DNA of 63,060 nt, the filler included, from Asterionella formosa (Eukaryota): the NCBI GenBank assembly GCA_002256025.1. It is 15 parts of 15 records of this genome, joined end to end, with 100 filler letters (N's around TTAATTAATTAA, not from the genome) between each part and the next. Parts side by side here need not be neighbours in the genome. Positions count along the whole stretch, not along the records: positions 21,117 to 25,230 come from NKIB01013701.1; positions 25,331 to 29,439 come from NKIB01013702.1; positions 29,540 to 33,647 come from NKIB01013703.1; positions 33,748 to 37,855 come from NKIB01013704.1; 11 more parts are not named here. One strand, written 5' to 3'. The stretch's first letter is position 1; each line of letters begins with the position of its first letter. Below the pieces are notes generated by a model, which saw only the letters and a list, made by a program, of their open reading frames with translations, did no database searches and had not been told where the DNA came from. This document shows positions 22,269 to 35,196 of the stretch, in pieces. The position numbers and the translations under genes were made by a program.

Positions 22269-24091
22269 TCCTTAAGGTGTATGTAATATATCCTACTTTG
22301 GCCAAATTAGTTGATGGAAAATATGGAAATATAGTAGAAACATTATAAATAAATTATTTTTAATGGTGACCCCCCCCCCCCCCACACACACACACACACA
22401 CTAACCTACTTTTTAAATGATTGCAGCAGTTACCCTTTTATTATTAAGTAAGTTTATGAATAAGTGTCCCCATTGCAAGGAATATGAAACAATAGAACAT
22501 ATATGGATGTGTAAATCAAGCAAAATAGGATGAAATCAGAGAAAAAGATGACATTCTTTGAATCTCACTGCAACAAATTAAATCATGCATCAAGAATATT
22601 GCTTCAATATTCTTCGCATGTATCAAGCATTTGATGCATAATACACAATGCATGAGTTTCGCAATCACAATGTACAGGCAAAAGGTCAAATCAAAGTGGC
22701 TCATCAAGCAACAACAACGAAAACTCAGTAGAATTCTCACTCCAAAAGGAATGTTTCCAACTGATGGGGGTCAGCAATTTTGGTAGAGTCAGAAGAAAGC
22801 AGAATTTTCATGGCTCATAAATGGACCGCAAAAGCAATCATGCCAAATCTTTCTGTTAGCCACAAATACATGGAATGAAAGGAATGATGCAAAGTCCTAC
22901 ATTGTGCTGCCATGAATGCAAAGATTGTGCAATCAGAATATGATATTTAATAAATTTCTATGAGCACAGAAATGAAATATGCTTGAGCAATACCCATCTG
23001 TTAAATTGATCCCTGATTGATATTCTGAAATCACGTCTGGGAGAGAAACATTTGAGGAATCAGCAGCATTAGCAAAACTGGCCAACAATACTAGTATATT
23101 CAGATATTTTTATTCATATTTCATCAGCACCAATCATGCCATCTGTCCCAAAAGTTCAAACAATGTTATCTAGTGTTTTATTTTCCAGTCAATAGACAAG
23201 GGAAAGACTGAATTAAATCTATGTCAGCATCAAGATCACACTGCAGAAGGTTTCTTAGTTGACCCCCATTCAAGGGAGTGCACCTGACCATTGTTTCTCC
23301 ACATTCTTTCAGCACCTAGCTATACTGGTAGTCACCATATTTTTTGTCGGGTATACTGGCTTGGTTAAGGAGTTTTAAAACTTTTTAAAAAGAAGGAAAA
23401 TTATTTTCATTCTAGAATACCTGTCTTCTACTATGCTGATTATCAGGCAACAGCTGTTTACATGGTTCCAATGACCATATCAGCTTCACTATGCATACTA
23501 GTACAATACAGATCTCAATTGGGTTCAGGGTTTCTATTTCTTTTCTATGGTAGTATTTCGTCCTTTGATAGTGTGATGGAATGTCAATGCTGCCTATTGT
23601 GTAAGTTCCGTTACAATGCATATGTCTGCCTTCACGGAAACTCATATTTTTTACTCAATTTCTAACCCAAAACATTTTTTTTCACTTGATACTATTACCA
23701 TGATTACATAGCATATCATTCTTTGTTTGCTCCAAACATCATGTTCAATTTTCATTGATATTGTATGTTGCAATCATTCTCGTGTGTTTGATGCTTGTTT
23801 TACCATTTCTATGATCTAGAGTACTACCACCAGTACCAAAATTCTGGGTGTAATGCTAAAATCTGCAATTTTAATGCCGAAAAATTCGATGTGCCCCATA
23901 TTACCCCTAAGCAAATAAAAATCACTTAGACCCTACAAATTACTTTTAAAGTACCCGAATGGCAAGACAATATATAGCTACAGTAGAGCGGGAATTGCTG
24001 AAATATTCAGAGTACTATCATGTGTACCACTTTTGCATGTATCGTTCAGTATGGGACCATCATTGAACGAGCAAATTACATGAAGCACCAA

Positions 24092-24386
24092 AGAACCCAC
24101 AGGCCAACACCTGGACAGGTAGGGCAGACCGTGTACTGGTCAAGAAGACTGGGGCTGCACACAGGTTTTTAGTGAGTGAAAGTCTCACACTACCTTACCC
24201 AGGTGAAGGGGCGGGGTGCCTCACTGGACACCAGGTCATTGATGGATGACGGGGTGCTTAAAAACCATTCCTGAGTACATGAACTGGTGTGAAGAGTTCG
24301 AATTCTCGCTCCCATGATGCCCCCCCCCCGACAGGGCGCAACAGCATCTAAAGACCTGCCCTGCTCGCCTAGGTAGAGGACCCGCA
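24092..24386 (-). mobile_element. Putative RTE-type non-LTR 5' UTR / SINE-like remnant
   Basis: GC-richer island; minus strand has agtgtgagactttcactcactaaaaacc, resembling a motif I recall from RTE 5' UTRs and derived SINEs; imperfect ~21-bp terminal complementarity. Confidence 0.4.
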
Positions 24387-24686
24387 ATCATATGTGATAA
24401 CTAGGTATGAATATAATTACTCATAGGCCGAAGAATCGCTCATCAGGGAGTACCAGGTACCCGTACAGGGTAGTTGCTTTCCTCCATCAGCTGGTATCAG
24501 GGTCGTCACCAAGCACGACGGAAACAGGACTAACTTCTACGAACATCAGTAACAAGCACGTTGCTGTAGCCTCGGAATCTTACAGCGACGGCCTTTTTCA
24601 ATCATTTCTGCTTTGTATCCGTTCTTTCTCGATCTTCCTTGGCTGTTGTATTCTCTTTCCCGGCCGCTTCTTGCTGTTGGCAAATC

Positions 24687-25230
24687 ATGTCTCGACTTGT
24701 ACGTCCACATTGGATTGATCCAACGACGAATATCATTTATGATACGAACGATGCGGATTTCGAAGGATGGCTGACGAAGCAAAGCATGTGGCTCAAGGTA
24801 CGTTCTATTGGACTCTTGTTCTTCTCCAGCGTGCTATACTATACTATACTGTCACACTGCTCACTATTAATTACCGAATGCTATGATAGGACTGGAGGCG
24901 TCGGTATTTTATCCTCAAAGGGAGCAAATTGTTTTTCAGTAAAAATGACTATTCTGCTCCCCATGGCATGATTGATTTGTCACAATGTACAACTGTCAAA
25001 TCAGCAGATTTGAAATCGAAAAAGCGCAATTCCTTTGAAGTTAGTACACCAGAAACGACGTTCCTTTTGTATGCGGATACAGAGAAAGAAAAAGATGATT
25101 GGATTGGTAGTGTTGGGAAAAGTATTGTCCGATGCAGCAATACCTACTATCGAGCATCGTCACATCATCATAATAATAACAATGGTGGTGGGGGTCCTCA
25201 ACACCAAAATGAGGATGACGATGATGATAT
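24687..25230 (+). CDS. Small pleckstrin-homology (PH) domain protein, 3' partial; exons 24687-24797 and 24890-25230
   Basis: FEGWLTKQSMWLK|DWRRRYFILKG, HGMIDL, YADTEKEKDDWI; 92-nt GT-AG intron in phase 0. Confidence 0.92.
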
Positions 25231-25619
25231 NNNNNNNNNNNNNNNNNNNNNNNNNNNNNNNNNNNNNNNNNNNNTTAATTAATTAANNNNNNNNNNNNNN
25301 NNNNNNNNNNNNNNNNNNNNNNNNNNNNNNGTCTTCGTAGACAAGGCAATGTAGACAGCAATGTTTGGCTTCCATTTTTAATTGTGAGCTCATCAAACTA
25401 GAAATCGATTTACAATTGATTCAGCTCCACTTGTTTCAGAACAGTTAGCTAGATCTTGGATCTTTTGCACAAACTTTCATATAGATAACCAAGTAATGAT
25501 AATGATCTGAAAGTGATCCTCATTCAATCATTCTTTAACTTCATAACATATATTGAATATCATTTACTCATGTCATCAGCAACTCAAATGGTAACAATGT
25601 GCCTGTAAATATTTCAGTA

Positions 25620-26760
25620 CAAATAACATTCAGTACCCTTCCAAATATTCCATCCCATCTTGTTAATTGCTGTTCATCGTCATTATGTCATCTGCATCAA
25701 TTAGAAAATTGTGAAGACGTCAAATGCAATACATGATCACAGGTAACAAGTCATGCTTAAACATGAGAGGCCTCCACAACACTCCCCATCTTGCACACAC
25801 TATACCAAAAAACCCGGGCCCTGTTCAATATTGTTATTTCGTTCCCCCCCCCTCAGAAAAAAGAAATGGAATGAATCTTTATATGGAGCTCTTGACATAA
25901 GAAACTGACCAGGCCATTGTGAAAATAATCTTGAATTTGATCCATATGATTCATCCCCTACTAATCAAAATTGTTTACCTATTTCATCAGCTGTTGACTG
26001 TTAAAACAACCAATAATGTGGTGACAGTTTAGGTAAGTGAAATGCAGTTGATTCATGTGTACTGCCAGGAGACTCCATAGAAATCCAAAGGAAGCGGCAA
26101 TCACCACCAGGAATGGCCTGTAAGTTAAAAGATGCAATTCCTTTCTGTTTCTATATGACAATGATGATGCACATTCGTTTTTCTGGGTTGCCGAATTCTA
26201 ATGGAATAACCATCAATAGCCCCAACACAACAATGGAATTCATGACGCTTTGTTCTGACTTTATCCATTTTATGAGAAGCACATTGCAGCTTGGCAAGGC
26301 TCTCTGGGAATATAATTTCGTCAGGAATTAATGTGTTCACAGCAGCTATAAACTTCCCATGTGTCCTGTACAGCATGGAAGTAGTACCAACATTATAACC
26401 CCAACATGCATCAATGTACTATGTTGAAACTCAAAAAATGCGAAGCGACAAACACATGATTTCATCAATGTAAAGTGCCCGCCTGTTTCTTTTTCTTCTG
26501 GTGGAAGCAAGGCTCATTCTTTTGTCCAATTTTGAAGCAAGCCCTGGACCAATGAGGTTACTCAATAAATCATCAGCATATGGAGACATTCGAAATATTG
26601 CATGGAAAGTGACAGCATCAAGCATTTGGAACTTAAGCATGATTTGGTCACAAAATAAGGAATAAAGTTGACTTCCTCTTTTTTGGCGATAGAATCTGCT
26701 CTTTTCCTTACTTCCTTCTGCTTCTTCGCCTCTTTCAATTTTAACTGTTATTGTGTGGCA
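25620..26760 (-). pseudogene. Degraded PIF/Harbinger (DDE_Tnp_4-like) transposase
   Basis: FHAIFRMS, CVGAIDGYSIRIRQP, ARWGVLWRPL, RLHNFLID remnants with stops and frameshifts. Confidence 0.75.
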
Positions 26761-27276
26761 AGGGCGGCATATCCCAATAACTTAAGGAGTCTTGTTATCA
26801 TTTGATAATGACGCTTGACATGTTGATGTAAATGTTTTTTACATCTGTCATGTATAATTAAGCACTTTAATGCTACTCCCCTGCTATATCACAGAATAAA
26901 ATTTGACTGTTGGGAGCAACAACCCAATGTCCAATTAAAATGCATGAATTCACCGCAAATCCGCCCGCTACTGACTCATTCGCGGATTATGAACAAATTC
27001 ATTATAAAAATTGGCGCTCTATTATAGCATCTCCACCGCATCGATCAAATAACAAAGCCCAATTGAAAATATCAAAACACGTCACTTGGTCGAGAAATTT
27101 TGTGTAATTTATAGTCGAAATTTTCACATTTTTTTCCACTGCATCGACCTCATCCTAAAATAGTCAAATCTCGCGGCCAAAATTTTTGCAAATAGAAGTA
27201 GAGCTATAATATCTTTGTATGTGTGTCGTTGATATAGCGGTACGTACTACATAGCATATTAACACAAAATGAAACA

Positions 27277-28571
27277 ATGAGCAATGATAGCGACTCATCT
27301 GATGATGATCGCCTCTCCTATTTCCGCAAGATGCATCGTCCACAAAGAAGTGCGCATGATGCAAAGAAAAGACAAAGTATCGGAGGAGGTTCCAGGGTTC
27401 GCAAGGCTACTAACGTGAATCTCTTTCGCGCAGAGTACGACAAGCTGTTGAAGGATAACTATTTCGGCGAAAATCCAATCTAATCTCCTGCACGTTTCAG
27501 GAGGTGCTTCCGGATGCATCGCTCCTTATTTGAAAAGATTCTTGAAGATTTGGTTGAGGCGAATCCATAATTGTTTGAACAGAAGAAAGATGCCTTGGGT
27601 CTGGTCGGTTTTTCGCCGCATCAAAAGTTAACCTCAGCAGCGCTTCGAACGTTGGCTTTCGGAATTTCTATGGATCAGCTGGATGACCTCACAAGAATGG
27701 CTGAATCGACTACACTCCACAACCTAAAAGTGTTTTGTAACTCAATAATCAGCAGGTACGGAACAGAATATTTGCGAGTTCCTACAAATGACGATGTGGA
27801 AATGGTTTTATGTATCCATGAAACAAAGGATTGGCCGGAACTTCTTGGTTCATTGGATGTGATGTAGTGGGAATGGAAGAATTGTCCCAAGGCAACACAG
27901 AGGAGAAATTCAAGGAAAAGATGGAGTGGCTACTGTTGCTTTGGAAGCTGCTGTTGATTGTAGACTTTGTTTCTGGCATGCATGGTTTGGAATGCCAGCT
28001 GCTAACAACAATCTCAATATTTTGGGTCGTTCTCCGTTTTTTCCGGGATTTGACAGCTGGAAGGAGAATTCCTGCCATCAACTTCATAATCAACAACAAA
28101 GAACACAATCCAGGTTACTATTTGGTTGATGGCATCTATCCAGATTGGCACATTTTTGTCAAAACAATTTTGGAACCACGAGGTGCAAAGCGTGCACATT
28201 TTTCAATGGTTCAAGAGGCCCAATGCAAAGATGTAAAGTGAGCATTTGGTGTCCTACAAGCAAGGTGGAGGATCCTGCCACTTCCGTGCAAGCTTTGTTC
28301 AGTGGGTGCAATGAATCATGTCATCATTGCATGTATCATAGTACATAACATGATTATAGAAGATGAGTGGGATAAAAAAGACACAAACAAATATTTATTT
28401 GATAATATTCAGGATGATGGCTTTTTGGTCAACAATGTGAATCACAACCACAGTGTGCATACTACTTTTCTAGATTTCAAAGCAATTCGAATGAGCTACA
28501 TGAATGAAGGTGAGCATTTTCAATTGCAAAATGATTTGATTGAGCACTTGTGGACCCAAAATGAGGATTAA
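27277..28571 (+). pseudogene. Degraded PIF/Harbinger (Pong/Plant_tran-like) transposase
   Basis: FRRCFRMHRSLF, GFSPHQKLT, LGSLDVM*WEWKNCP, LEAAVD, GYYLVDGIYPDW, AFGVLQARW, ACIIVHNMIIEDE; premature stops and frameshifts. Confidence 0.92.
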
Positions 28572-28699
28572 AAAAATACTATCATCTTATCTATTTTTAT
28601 TTTAATCTATTGACACTTATGATGTAAATCAGAAACAATGAAATGATACTAGCAGAGTAATTAACAACCAAATTATTTTAAAACTCTAGTTGTTCAGTT

Positions 28700-29330
28700 T
28701 CTAGAATCGATTCATCATCATCAGTAGATGCTGATGGAGAAGTTTAAACATCTACTTCAGCTACTGTTAAACTGCAATATATATTTTTTGGCCTTTTTGG
28801 CTGCCAGTTTCCCAATCACAGCCCAGCATCTACATCCTCCATTGCTTCTTGTGCCTTCATGGCAAACCACCTTTTTGCTTCTGCTGATTCACTATTCATT
28901 GAAAATATCTTGGTGAATGGGAACTCATCAAGTTGAGTTTTCACCTTTCTTTCAAGCATCATAACATAAATTCTTTGCTTAGCCTTTTCACTTTTCCTTC
29001 CAATTTAAATGGCTCCATTGCTTCTTCAATGTATTTATCCTCCATCCATCCCAATTTTGGAAAACTTGTCATCTGTACAAAGAGGCTGCAGAACTTTGTG
29101 ACATCTTGATTTATCATTTCCCATCGAGCCGTGCATGCTGTTGAATTCCGCTTCTTGCCATCTGGGATGAGACCTTCATAGATCTCAAATACCTGGCCCC
29201 AAAACTTGCTTGCCTTCTGACCTGTCCTAGTGATTGAGTCTTCACTGGCTGCAACCCAGGACAAAGCGAGCGCCATCCTCTTCCTTCTCCCATGATGTAA
29301 CACCTGAACCCATACTGACAAAGTTGACAA
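28700..29330 (-). pseudogene. Myb/SANT-like DNA-binding partner ORF of the adjacent Harbinger element (degraded)
   Basis: LALSWVAASEDSITRTGQKASKFWGQV...RNSTACTARWEMINQDVTKF; convergent with the transposase. Confidence 0.8.
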
Positions 29331-29654
29331 TGTTGAATAAATTATGCATATATTTATGAGTCAACACTGAACACACACACACACACACACACACATTGAT
29401 GGTTGTATTAGTCTACATGAAGATTGAACTGAAAATATANNNNNNNNNNNNNNNNNNNNNNNNNNNNNNNNNNNNNNNNNNNNTTAATTAATTAANNNNN
29501 NNNNNNNNNNNNNNNNNNNNNNNNNNNNNNNNNNNNNNNAAGAGAGGCCGACGAGTACATTAGTCTGCATTAAGTGCCTCATAATGTGGTCCTGTTAGAT
29601 CCAAAGAACCTACTAAGTGACAGTATACGTCGTTAATTTTCCAAAGGATCGAAG

Positions 29655-32303
29655 ATGAGAAGACTACTGAAACGTCGAAGTCCCAAAAAGCCCGACGGAA
29701 AGTCGAGTATTCTTTTACCGGGAGGCGACGGCTCGTCTGTAGACCATAGTGATTTCTCGTCGATTCCTGCGGAACCCCCCACGTTTCTTTGCTTAAATGG
29801 GGAATACGTTATGGACGGTGACGATTTGAGTTCTTTACATGAGAGCGTTGTGGAGCAACCACAAGGAGCGGATAAACTGGCTGCAAGCACATTGGAACTT
29901 GATCGACTACTCTTGATACCGGAGGACGACGAAGAAAGCATGATGGGAGAAAGCGTCAAAATGGATTCAGTTTTGAAGCAGTGGGGCAGACAGTGTGTGT
30001 CGCCGGCGAATACTTTGGATTCCGCCTTGGCGTCGCACTCCGACGTGCAGACGAACGCAACGACAATACCATCTGGTAATTTTAAGCGAAACGGAAGCAG
30101 CCCCCTATTGTCATTTGTATATATAGCACTGCTGATGCCGACTGCTGCAATATATAGAGATGACGAGCCTAGTGTTCAATCCAACGAAACCTTGGCCTCG
30201 CAAGGGCAGAAACTGTTTATTGAACAGAATCTACCGCTTCCAACCGACGTTCTCGAGAGGTCTATCCATTGGCACCTCCAACTCATTGTCCAGCCAGCAA
30301 AGAACGATGTCAACATAGGAGATTCAAAACGTAGTTTGCCTGTTCGAGTTGACGACGAATCACTCTTGGTGAGTCATGACGAAAATGTCCTACATGTAGT
30401 TGATGGGGTGGTTCAACTACATCTGTATCAACAAGATTTTGCGAAAGCACTGGAAACTTACGAAAGTTTGCTACGTGATCTGCGTCGACGAAAGTCCAAC
30501 CCTTCATTTATAACTCCACTTCTTTGTCGGCTATCATCGGTCAGTCTATTGGCAGGCGAGCAGCAGAAAGCTTTGAATTACAGCGAGGAAATTTTGCAGC
30601 GATCAGCATTCGACACGCAATCAGCATTGGTTGCTCGAATACAACTAGGTCTGACCTACTTTGGCTTGAGCGACTTTGCCAATGCTTTAATTTCATGGAG
30701 AGAAGCTGCATACAAGGTTGGAACGAACTTAGCTGTCGCGTCACTGTTGTGGAACAACATAGCTTGTTTGCAAATTTATTTAGGAGATGCTGTTTCCGCC
30801 GAAAGGGCACTCAATGAGTCGATTGCTCTTAGAAAGCAAATTCAGGGTGTTCCGAGTCAATTTCGAAAGGAACTTCTTAATACGGCAACAACTTTGAGCA
30901 ATTTGGCCATTCTCGAAGCACGGGAACAGCGTTACAGTGAGGCGATATCGCATTTGGACGAGTGCCTACTGTTGCAAGAATCGGTTCTGGAAGATGGGAA
31001 TGAAGCAATATTGGAAACACTTGAGCACCTCGAATCACTCGCTAATGCGGAAGAACGAGTTTCTAGAACAAAAAGAATAGATTCATCCATCGAGGCGGAT
31101 TTGGTATCAGAGGCTCCTGAATTTCCAGCATGGCGTGCACAAAGGATCTTTGACGAGGGCCTTCCACTGCCGAGAGCAACAAACGGACAAGACATTTTGT
31201 GTGACTATGTCGATCTTGGATCACTTGTTCATCAAATAGGTCCATACCAACTTGTTCGAGACACGATCATGGAAAGCTTTAGTTGTTTGACCAAAAGCGA
31301 ACTCACTTTTGTTCCTGCAACGCATGCAACACGTTTCTCAATTCCAATCGATGTAGACGGCACTGAAGTAATCGATGCTGATTTGCATCTGCCTCACATA
31401 TACACGCAAGCAAAAGAATACTTGGAGGTAAGTTATGCCAGCCTTTGAATTTTTTTAAATTTTGCGATCCTAAGTTTTTCCTCAATTTCCAACCAAAAGC
31501 GCAACGAGATCGACGACGTACTCGAACTCTTGAAAGGAACGCTTCGGTCTCATAGAAAGAAGTATGGAACACTTCACCCTTTAGTAGCGGCAACTCTTCA
31601 CAATCTAGGGATGGTGATGCTCTTCATAGAGAAGTACACTGCTGCATTCGCTTACTTCCAGCACGCTGTTAGCATTCGTTCTGCCACGCTTGGTTTCGAA
31701 CACCCGGATGTCGCTGTAAGCAGAACTGTGCAAAATCTAGTTCGTATCTTTTTTAAGTGACTCACATTTTACCATTTACAGATATCCTTGACGAAGATGG
31801 GATTAATTCAAGCAGCAAGAAAAGACTTTGACAACGCAATCATGATATTTTCACAAGTTTTGCGTGCAAGAAGGAAGACTTTGGGATACAACCATCCTGA
31901 AGTTGCCAAAACTCTCAGCAACTTGGCCTGTTTTCACTATGAATGCGGCGGATTATTGCCGGCATCCAAAGCCTTGGAAGAATCAATTGAAATTCTGCGC
32001 AACTCATCGTTCACTGGCGGGGCGCCACTTCAAGCTGCTCTTGCGACAGTGCTATGCAATTTCGGATTTGTTTTGGTTAAAAGGAGGAAGTTCGATGACG
32101 CTACTCGTGCATACAATGAAGCTTTGCGCTTGCGACTGATATTAGGCGAAGCTGTATATGCCTCTGTCGCTGTAACACGAGAAAACTTAGCCTATGGTAT
32201 GGCCTTCTCGAGCTTGACGACGGAGCAACCAAGGCAAGATGGTAAGCTGGTCGACATTGCCAAGATGATCGAGCCCTATCTTGACAACATGCGATGTACA
32301 TAG
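29655..32303 (+). CDS. Tetratricopeptide-repeat protein (kinesin-light-chain-like TPRs); introns 31428-31499, 31716-31781 and possibly 30076-30159
   Basis: ATTLSNLA, HPLVAATLHNLG, HPDVA, HPEVAKTLSNLA repeats; two GT-AG introns join three ORFs in frame. Confidence 0.85.
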
Positions 32304-32679
32304 TTCGTGCGTACGCTGCCCTGATGATTTAGTGTCCCTCCTGTAGACCGTTAGTCTGTTATTTATCAACATTGATAGGATTGCCTTTATTTTCTCCTTT
32401 ATGCTGCAAACTCAATATGAACCTGGCCGTCATAGTCAGTTGCATCAAGTATGATTGCACAGGATCATCCCAATTGATTTGTGGTTGACGCGTTCACTGC
32501 AAGGCCAGAACATCTATAAGTCCATTCATTCGGTAGGAAATTCAAGTGAAACGCAACGCTGCCTGGATCGTGAAGAACGCCACTGTTTGAAGTATTTTGG
32601 GCCAATTGTTATCACATGCTGTTGCCTTTATTGGAATCTGAGAGTGCAATAGTAGACAGCGATCTATTTTTAGTTGATG

Positions 32680-33627
32680 TCAAACGCTTATCAATTCTGG
32701 TAGCCGGCTTGGAAGGGGTAATAGCATGTCACTCCTGATGCCCCAAACGAAGGTAATTACGCCGATGAGATAGGAAATCAAGAGGAAAAATCGAAATTGG
32801 TAGAGGCTAGAATAACGGCCCCCTGTTTTGTACAAAAACGACAAGTCAGGAAGTCCCATTGAATTACAAAATGAATGCGAAAGGAATACAGCAGGAATTG
32901 AGCCAGTTCGAATAAATACATGAGCAGCATAACTCCCAAATAGAGACGTGTAAGTGAACTGGAAGGCAGTTAAAACAATGACATGCGCTGGTTTCGCGCC
33001 TCCTTGGAGCTTTAATATAGCATGATGGGCGTGGGCCACCCCAAAGAAGAGAGGAGCAATAAATGTTGCTCCGATTGGCCCAAGGCCACTGGCCAATAGT
33101 GGTGACATCATGCATCCACGAAAGACAATTTCTTCGGTAAGTGGAGCCATAATGATGTTTCGGATCTGACTCCATCGTTCAGATTCGTCAAAAGGATCGA
33201 AATAAGGAGAAACTACTGGCTTGATAAAGGCAGAAAAGAAAATTGCGGAGAAGCTCGTATCAGCTGGGCTTCGTGCATAACGATCAATCACTTGAACCAG
33301 CATAGTAGCAATTGATCCAAAGTAGAGAGAAGCGGTGTGAGCTAGAACCCCCAAAACAGTTCGAAGGTGCCATTTCCAACCCATGAATTCCAAAGCTGAT
33401 GGGCTACCTTCAATGCCTTCCATAGCGATGTTGCAAAACACCAACGGATAGGTCAAAGTTGACACAAGACTGACCATTGATACAGCAAACATGCGTCCTC
33501 GAATTTGCTGAATATTATCTCGATCCAAACGTCTAATCCTTGAAGGTACCAAAGCGTAAAGGGATCCAACGAAGCAAGTCGACAAAGCAACACAATAGAG
33601 CGCTGTTTTGGTTATCGACAGGTGCAT
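32680..33627 (-). CDS. RCE1: CAAX prenyl protease 2 (Rce1, CPBP family)
   Basis: RNIIMAPLTEEIVFRG, FFGVAHAHH, QFTYTSLFGSY, HSFCNSMGLP; multiple TM helices. Confidence 0.93.
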   Translation of the reverse strand: MHLSITKTALYCVALSTCFVGSLYALVPSRIRRLDRDNIQQIRGRMFAVSMVSLVSTLTYPLVFCNIAMEGIEGSPSALEFMGWKWHLRTVLGVLAHTASLYFGSIATMLVQVIDRYARSPADTSFSAIFFSAFIKPVVSPYFDPFDESERWSQIRNIIMAPLTEEIVFRGCMMSPLLASGLGPIGATFIAPLFFGVAHAHHAILKLQGGAKPAHVIVLTAFQFTYTSLFGSYAAHVFIRTGSIPAVFLSHSFCNSMGLPDLSFLYKTGGRYSSLYQFRFFLLISYLIGVITFVWGIRSDMLLPLPSRLPELISV

Positions 33628-33799
33628 ATGGCTGCAGCTTTCACTCANNNNNNNNNNNNNNNNNNNNNNNNNNNNNNNNNNNNNNNNNNNNTTAATTAAT
33701 TAANNNNNNNNNNNNNNNNNNNNNNNNNNNNNNNNNNNNNNNNNNNNGTGCATATTTTTATGCATCATCACGCACATCCCGGCCTTTCTACGACTAATC

Positions 33800-33992
33800 A
33801 GAGTTGATTTTTCAACCAAAAAGGGAGTACAAAATCAACCGTCAATGCAACCGGGTTGATTTTTTCTTTGTTGTACAATGCTGTATTTTCTCGTGATCTA
33901 GTACGGAAAAATACCGTCAAGGTATTTTACCATCCGCAGTAGAACGATACTTGAGGCCTACAGAAAAATACAACCTGGGTTGATTTTTACAA
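33800..33992. repeat. MITE-like repeat with palindromic AAAATCAACC/GGTTGATTTT motifs; inverted copy at 58697-58862
   Basis: 33826-33992 is nearly the reverse complement of the end of contig 14. Confidence 0.85.
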
Positions 33993-34351
33993 GTAATACC
34001 TGTATACTAATAAAGATCATCAGAAGCAATTCTTATCATCTGACGTTATATCCCTTCTGACTACGGACAGGCGAAATTTTGCCTGAGCCAACCATCAGAT
34101 GTCGCTCTGTGTGGTCAATAGGTAAACTACCTGGTGCCGTAGTATGTAAATGTAATTCATGTATGATCTTCATCAAATCAATTCGTACATCAATTATATT
34201 ATATAGCATTACCGGTATTCAATCAATGTATCACTCACATATAAAGATATTCATGTATGAATATAATATATGATGAAGAATTTAATACGGTATATAGATA
34301 TCCAATAAACCCAAGCAACACGACGAAAGCAAAACGTTAAGAACGAGCACC

Positions 34352-34759
34352 ATGAGACTGCTGACACACAACACACTCCGAAACAACTCCGATGCTGCAA
34401 AAGGCGCTGGATTCCCATTGAAAATCACCGCGGTAGAAATTCGAGTCGACGAACCAGATCCAGAGGAAGATCTTGACCGCCAAGTAGTCTTTGTGCAATC
34501 CATCATGTCGATCCTTGACTGGTCCGCTTTGGTACAAGCTGCTACGGAAATGGGTCTTTCGACGTTGCCTCCGAAGCTGACAGAAGACATGGCCAAGGAT
34601 GAACATTTCCTGAGGGCCTTGTATCACATTTTGCTCAAGGTTCATTTGGTCAAGGGGATGTTGACCTGTCCAACGACCGGAAGGGAGTTCCCAGTGACAA
34701 ACGGAATAGCAAACTTCATGTTGGACGAAGGCGAGTGTGAGCATGTGAGAATGAATTAG
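34352..34759 (+). CDS. TRM112: Methyltransferase activator subunit Trm112
   Basis: MRLLTHNTL, GFPLKI, LDWSAL, GMLTCPTTGREFPVTNGIANFML. Confidence 0.95.
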   Translation: MRLLTHNTLRNNSDAAKGAGFPLKITAVEIRVDEPDPEEDLDRQVVFVQSIMSILDWSALVQAATEMGLSTLPPKLTEDMAKDEHFLRALYHILLKVHLVKGMLTCPTTGREFPVTNGIANFMLDEGECEHVRMN

Positions 34760-35196
34760 ACCCGAAGTCTTTGGTAATAATGGTCTGGCGTTTCGGGATC
34801 CGTCGCAGACTTTAAATTAGTGGTAGAAACACAGGGTCTGCCATCAACAACTCGACAAGCACACAATGAATGTGTTTCTTGCCAGACGAGTACTCGAAGC
34901 TGCTAACGGAGGCCATATTTTTGACGTGAACCTGGGCCATAACAATCTTTCCTCGAAAGCTTCGCGCGCATGCAGTCCTTGATCAAACCTCCCTTTTGGA
35001 CTCACACTTTTTATGATGTTGGGTTCACATTTTTTTGATGTTGGGTTCACACTTTTAATGATGAATTTAGCCGCTATTAGCCACAACCAAACGGTATTGC
35101 GAGAGTTGACTTGTAACTGTAAACGTAACAGCTGTAGTAAAATCAGGAGTTACATGGTACCCTACTACTAGTATGCCCATGGCTGAGTTAGTTGGC

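Noticed and set aside
22370..22401. Poly-C/(CA)n tract, also (CA)n at ~29372 and (TG)n at ~21556
   Set aside because: Ordinary microsatellites.
22450..23800. Possible decayed coding sequence (protease- or TE-like)
   Set aside because: Too many stops; no motif strong enough to name.
24170..24195. RNase P/MRP RNA (GAAAGUC motif)
   Set aside because: The motif sits in a local hairpin and I found no complementary 3' P4 strand.
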